The notes under the pieces are model-generated. The model made no database searches. It saw only the letters and a program-made list of their open reading frames with translations, and was not told the DNA's origin. From Tubiluchus corallicola (lineage: Eukaryota; Animalia; Priapulida), in NCBI GenBank assembly GCA_030141605.1, contig JAQGDQ010002080.1:1-15626 (forward strand): DNA of 15,626 bases, written 5' to 3'. The translations under genes and the position numbers were made by a program. How positions within the stretch are numbered: position 1 is the stretch's first letter; every line of letters starts with the position of its first letter. Shown here one piece after another: positions 11,486-15,626 of this stretch.

Positions 11486-12112
11486 TATAAATGTAAGCAT
11501 GATATAGAGCAAACTGCGGTATTAATAATAATCAGAATTTGTTTACACTCCTGTGTTGTCACAACCGCGACAGTAATTAATTTTTGCAAACGGTTAGAAT
11601 TGGTACTTGAGATGTAAATCTGCAGCTTCGCGCGTGATTGGGGGGCTTCATTAGTGGTCAAGATTAGTATCAGAGTAGCTGAGCAATATAATGTGTTATT
11701 CTCTGTGGGTGCTGGTTTCAAACCCGTTAATTCGTCTGATTTTGTTTGTGAGCTAAGAGGGCGCTGTGTACGCACAAAGATGAGTTGATTGATAGCAGCT
11801 CTGGATACTATGACGACAGCGTAACTTAGTTACTAATTCGTTAACGAAAATCGCCAGCTGTTTTGTTTCCATCATATTGATAAATGTAAAGGAGGAGATG
11901 CTTGTCGTGAATTGTTGAGTGTGGCATTTGCAGTTTGAGTTTTTTCGTGGTAAACTAATCCTTTCATCTCATTAGTGATCAATTGCTCATCATTATAATG
12001 AATTGCAGTTGAACTACGTGAAATAATTAATGCGCGGTTACAGGCAAAGTGTTTAGCTTCAGAAAGTCTTCTAGTTTTGTTAGTACAAGACCACAGTCAC
12101 ATTGTGCCACAT

Positions 12113-12901
12113 CGTTTTGGTATTTCGTTGACTTAGTGCATGTGTTGTTGGTACATCGATGACTTAGTGCACGTGTTGTTGGTACATCGATGACTTAGTG
12201 CACGTTTTGTTGGTACATCGTTGACTTAGTGCACGTGTTGTTGGTACATCGATGACTTAGTGCACGTGTTGTTGGTACATCGTTGACTTAGTGCACGTGT
12301 TGTTGGTACATCGATGACTTAGTGCATGTGTTGTTGGTACATCGATGACTTAGTGCACGTGTTGTTGGTACATCGATGACTTAGTGCACGTGTTGTTGGT
12401 ACATCGTTGACTTAGTGCACGTGTTGTTGGTACATCGATGACTTAGTGCACGTGTTGTTGGTACATCGATGACTTAGTGCACGTGTTGTTGGTACATCGT
12501 TGACTTAGTGCACGTGTTGTTGGTACATCGATGACTTAGTGCACGTGTTGTTGGTACATCGATGACTTAGTGCACGTGTTGTTGGTACATCGTTGACTTA
12601 GTGCACGTGTTGTTGGTACATCGTTGACTTAGTGCACGTGTTGTTGGTACATCGATGACTTAGTGCACGTGTTGTTGGTACATCGATGACTTAGTGCACG
12701 TGTTGTTGGTACATCGTTGACTTAGTGCACGTGTTGTTGGTACATCGATGACTTAGTGCACGTGTTGTTGGTACATCGATGACTTAGTGCACGTGTTGTT
12801 GGTACATCGATGACTTAGTGCACGTGTTGTTGGTACATCGTTGACTTAGTGCACGTGTTGTTGGTACATCGTTGACTTAGTGCACGTGTTGTTGGCACAT
12901 C
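12113..12901. repeat. Minisatellite, 31-bp unit GACTTAGTGCACGTGTTGTTGGTACATCG(A/T)T x~25.5
   Basis: Units start at 12130+31n up to 12874. Both edges are degenerate and there are no spacers. Confidence 0.98.
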
Positions 12902-12950
12902 TTTTTACTTAAAAAAGGAGGAAAATAAGGCATAATGTTGTGTAATTGTA

Positions 12951-13258
12951 TAGGTTTTACACGTTAAATGTAGACACTGGAAAGTTCAAATGTGACTTAG
13001 GTAAGTCAAATGTAGACACAGAAATTTCGAATGTGTTTTGGTAACTCAATTGTGACTTAGGTAAGTCAAATGTAGACATAGGATATTTGACTTGACATGT
13101 GTCTACATTTGACTTACCAAAAAAGCTTAAGATTTGTTGAAAAGCATAGTTAACACATTTGAACTGCCTAAGTCTACATTTGAGTTACCAAGACACATTT
13201 GAATTACCTAAATCTACATTTGACTTAACGTAGGTCTACATTTGACGTGTAAAACCTA
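12951..13258. mobile_element. TA-flanked foldback MITE, family B copy 2 (308 bp)
   Basis: TIRs TAGGTTTTACACGTTAAATGTAGAC and GTCTACATTTGACGTGTAAAACCTA. TA flanks at 12949-12950 and 13259-13260. Same orientation as copy 1 but without the 60-bp duplication. Confidence 0.87.
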
Positions 13259-13592
13259 TAGATGTTATACATTTCCTTTTTTAATTCGTCTGAAGTAGCT
13301 TCATTGTTGCAATTTTATGTGAAATGCGAAAAAATGTCGTGACTAAAATATCCTGAATCTTTGAGCCAAATTAATGCACTGTGATATGGACAGTTTTGTG
13401 TGTAGACGAATACTGCTATCGCTTTGTGCATAATTTAGGTAAAGCATATTATGTACAGCTATGGATAATTTAAACATTGGCGTATCCTTATCGACTGAAG
13501 AGCCATCTGTTGGTCATTTTGTGAGTGCTGAATATTTGTGCGTGGTGTCGTTTGCGATCATTGACATATAGAACCTTGAAGGACATCCTTAG

Positions 13593-13782
13593 GTTGCTAT
13601 ATGTATACCCTTTGGTGTCTACATTGCCATTGACCTGTGTCCGGTGTCCACTTCTTTCATGGCTTTCCCAATGAGGAGAATCAAAAGAGTCATCCACGAC
13701 ATGTGGCCCTCTCAGAAGCGCAAGGTCGCAGTGAACATGAAGAAAGGTCTTGCCGAGCAGGAATGGCGGAACAGATGGCCAG
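13593..13782 (+). other. Possible 190-nt exon or decayed coding fragment, product unknown
   Basis: Locally GC-richer. The frame is open from CCTTAG| (possible acceptor) to CAG|GTAAAA (possible donor): VAICIPFGVYIAIDLCPVSTSFMAFPMRRIKRVIHDMWPSQKRKVAVNMKKGLAEQEWRNRWP. No domain recognised and the polypyrimidine tract is weak. Confidence 0.18.
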
Positions 13783-14123
13783 GTAAAAGCCAAGTAGTTC
13801 TTGTGAATATTGTACTGGCTGTACACAAGTATTTATGACCTTGCACAAGCGTAGATTCTCTCAGTGTAAACGCAAGTGTGAAGCTTTGTGCTATTCCAGA
13901 TTCGTTCTAAGTCCTTCCTGACAATGTACTGGCAATCCTTATTTTTTAAGCATCATTTAATATTCCAGACGAACAGAATAGGAAGAAATAACTCATGAGG
14001 GTATCTCAGTTCTGTAGTACTTTCAGTTTTGTTGCTCTGTACTTGCGACTTCATATATAATATTTTTCACTTCGTTCTGATCTGGAGGTTCTCCGCGTGA
14101 TATTAGCACCGCAGCTGCGTTAA

Positions 14124-14591
14124 CCCTTTCAGTCCCAAATTATTTTTTAATAAGAAAAAATTTTTTGGCTTGGTACTTTTGTTCAGTATGTCCATCTTGT
14201 TTACACATAATAATTATTTTTTTTCTACCTTCGTTCTACCTACCTACATACACAACATTCTTTGTCATGTGCAAAAAAACAAAGTCCGACTTTTTTAAAA
14301 ACACAACAAAAGCAAAAAATGTGCTTCATTTTGCAACTGTTGATAATTTTTTAAAGTATTTAAGACATTTAGTATGCACGCTATGCTGATCTGTACAAAG
14401 TCGTTTCTAAAGTACTGTACCTTGCGCAGTTTTTTAGTTTACCATTTTATCACCATTTTTAGTCTATTGTTATTGGCTTAAATCAAAATAACTATTAACA
14501 GATCAAATATAACTGTCAGTTTTAAAATTTTATTAATTTTAAAGGCAGAAAATATTCTCGTATCCCACGGGATACAACGGGTATGAAAGGG
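14124..14591 (-). mobile_element. piggyBac-like MITE, family A copy 4 (468 bp, inverted, internal replacement)
   Basis: TTAA flanks at 14120-14123 and 14592-14595. CCCTTTCA...TGAAAGGG termini. About 14231-14309 is unrelated filler replacing the internal palindrome region. Confidence 0.92.
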
Positions 14592-14779
14592 TTAAGGAGA
14601 AACTGGACCACATGCAAACTTTATGAATAAGCCTAGTATGGAGCGTTTGCAACATTAATGATTTGCTTTATTTAGTTTGCGTGGGATTGATTATTATGGG
14701 TTGTCAAAGAGCATTAAACTGTACTGTAGTTGTGAAGAAATTAGCTGCTGCGCGGCATTGCTCAAGCCGATAAGTGGGG

Positions 14780-15314
14780 TGATTTACGGAGTCTTTGAGT
14801 CCTAGTGGTGGTGCTTCAGGAGTTATTTTAATATGACTGTCTGTAAATATTCGTGATACTGCTGCACCACCTTTTTAGCATACCTTGAGTAGCTAAAAAG
14901 TACCTTGGGTACCTTGGGTCACTATGATTTACGGAGACTTTCAGTCCTAGTGGTGTTTCAGGAGTTATTTTAGTATGGCTGCCTGTAGATATTCGTGATA
15001 CTGCTGCACCACCTTTTTAGCATACCTTGAGTAGCTAACAAGTACCTTGGGTCACTATGATTTACGGAGCCTTTCAGTCCTCTTGGTGTTTCAGGAGTTA
15101 TTTTAATATGACTGTCTGTAGATATTCGTGATACTGCTGCACCACCTTTTTAGCATACCTTGACTAGCTAAAAAGTACCTTGAGTACCTTGGGTCACTAT
15201 GATTTACGGAGCGTTTCAGTCCTAGTGGTGTTTCAGGAGTTATTTTAGTATGGCTGCCTGTAGATATTCGTGATACTGCTGCAGTATCTTTTTTGGCACC
15301 TCGAGTAGCTGAAA
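14780..15314. repeat. Tandem repeat with 133-145 bp units, about 3.8 copies, alternating A/B variants
   Basis: Units begin GATTTACGGAG at 14781, 14926, 15059 and 15201. Confidence 0.95.
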
Positions 15315-15626
15315 CACGAAAATTCAAATGCGAGGGGAATTATAGTTGAGTATATTTTTTTCCAACGACGGTTTCGTATGAAGAATGGGAAAATCAGAAA
15401 ATGATTACTAGTTTTCTAGGATCATCAGCGGATAAGGAGGTCACATTCACCTCTTCCCCACCGGCTGTAAATCTCTTTGGGGAAGGATGTACACTTACAG
15501 GAGTGTGGCCAGAACACCTGTTCCGGGTTCCAGTGTTTCATTTTAGACTTTAGTTGATCATCCTTGATACAGATCTAGTATTTGCTTCCGTGATAAGTTG
15601 AAATTTATGTAATGTAAAGCATGTTT

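Noticed and set aside
12129-12136. TGACTTAG shared by the 31-bp minisatellite and family B MITEs, suggesting common origin
   Set aside because: Only 8 bp match and the rest of the unit does not align.
15452-15546. Hairpin CTTCCCCA...TGGGGAAG and nearby splice-like signals (GTAAGT on minus, TTTTAG on plus)
   Set aside because: The stem is only 8 bp, the signals conflict in strand, and no consistent exon can be built.

Overview
AT-rich eukaryotic DNA that is intergenic or intronic and dominated by repeats. The 5S sequence looks lophotrochozoan (mollusc/annelid-like); this is inferred from recalled 5S sequences. No intact protein-coding gene can be supported, and the long ORFs in the track are translations of microsatellites or minisatellites. 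The window holds four GA/TC microsatellites, minisatellites with 30-bp and 31-bp units, and an alternating 133-145 bp tandem repeat. It has three non-autonomous DNA transposon families: four copies of a TTAA/CCC..GGG piggyBac-like MITE, two copies of a TA-flanked foldback MITE, and one TAA-flanked Harbinger-like element. A decayed LINE 3' portion (RNase H, CCHC knuckle, (TAA)n tail) has a short TSD-flanked relative with the same 3' stem-loop. There is also a decayed APE endonuclease remnant next to a reused 'hairpin + (GA)n' module, and a solitary full-length 5S rRNA copy with no terminator that may be the head of a 5S-derived SINE. No prokaryotic-type system (CRISPR, operon) is present. The most promising leads are the 5S/SINE3 candidate, the LINE 3' stem-loop pair and the endonuclease/microsatellite module. 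Whether any family is new cannot be judged without database searches.
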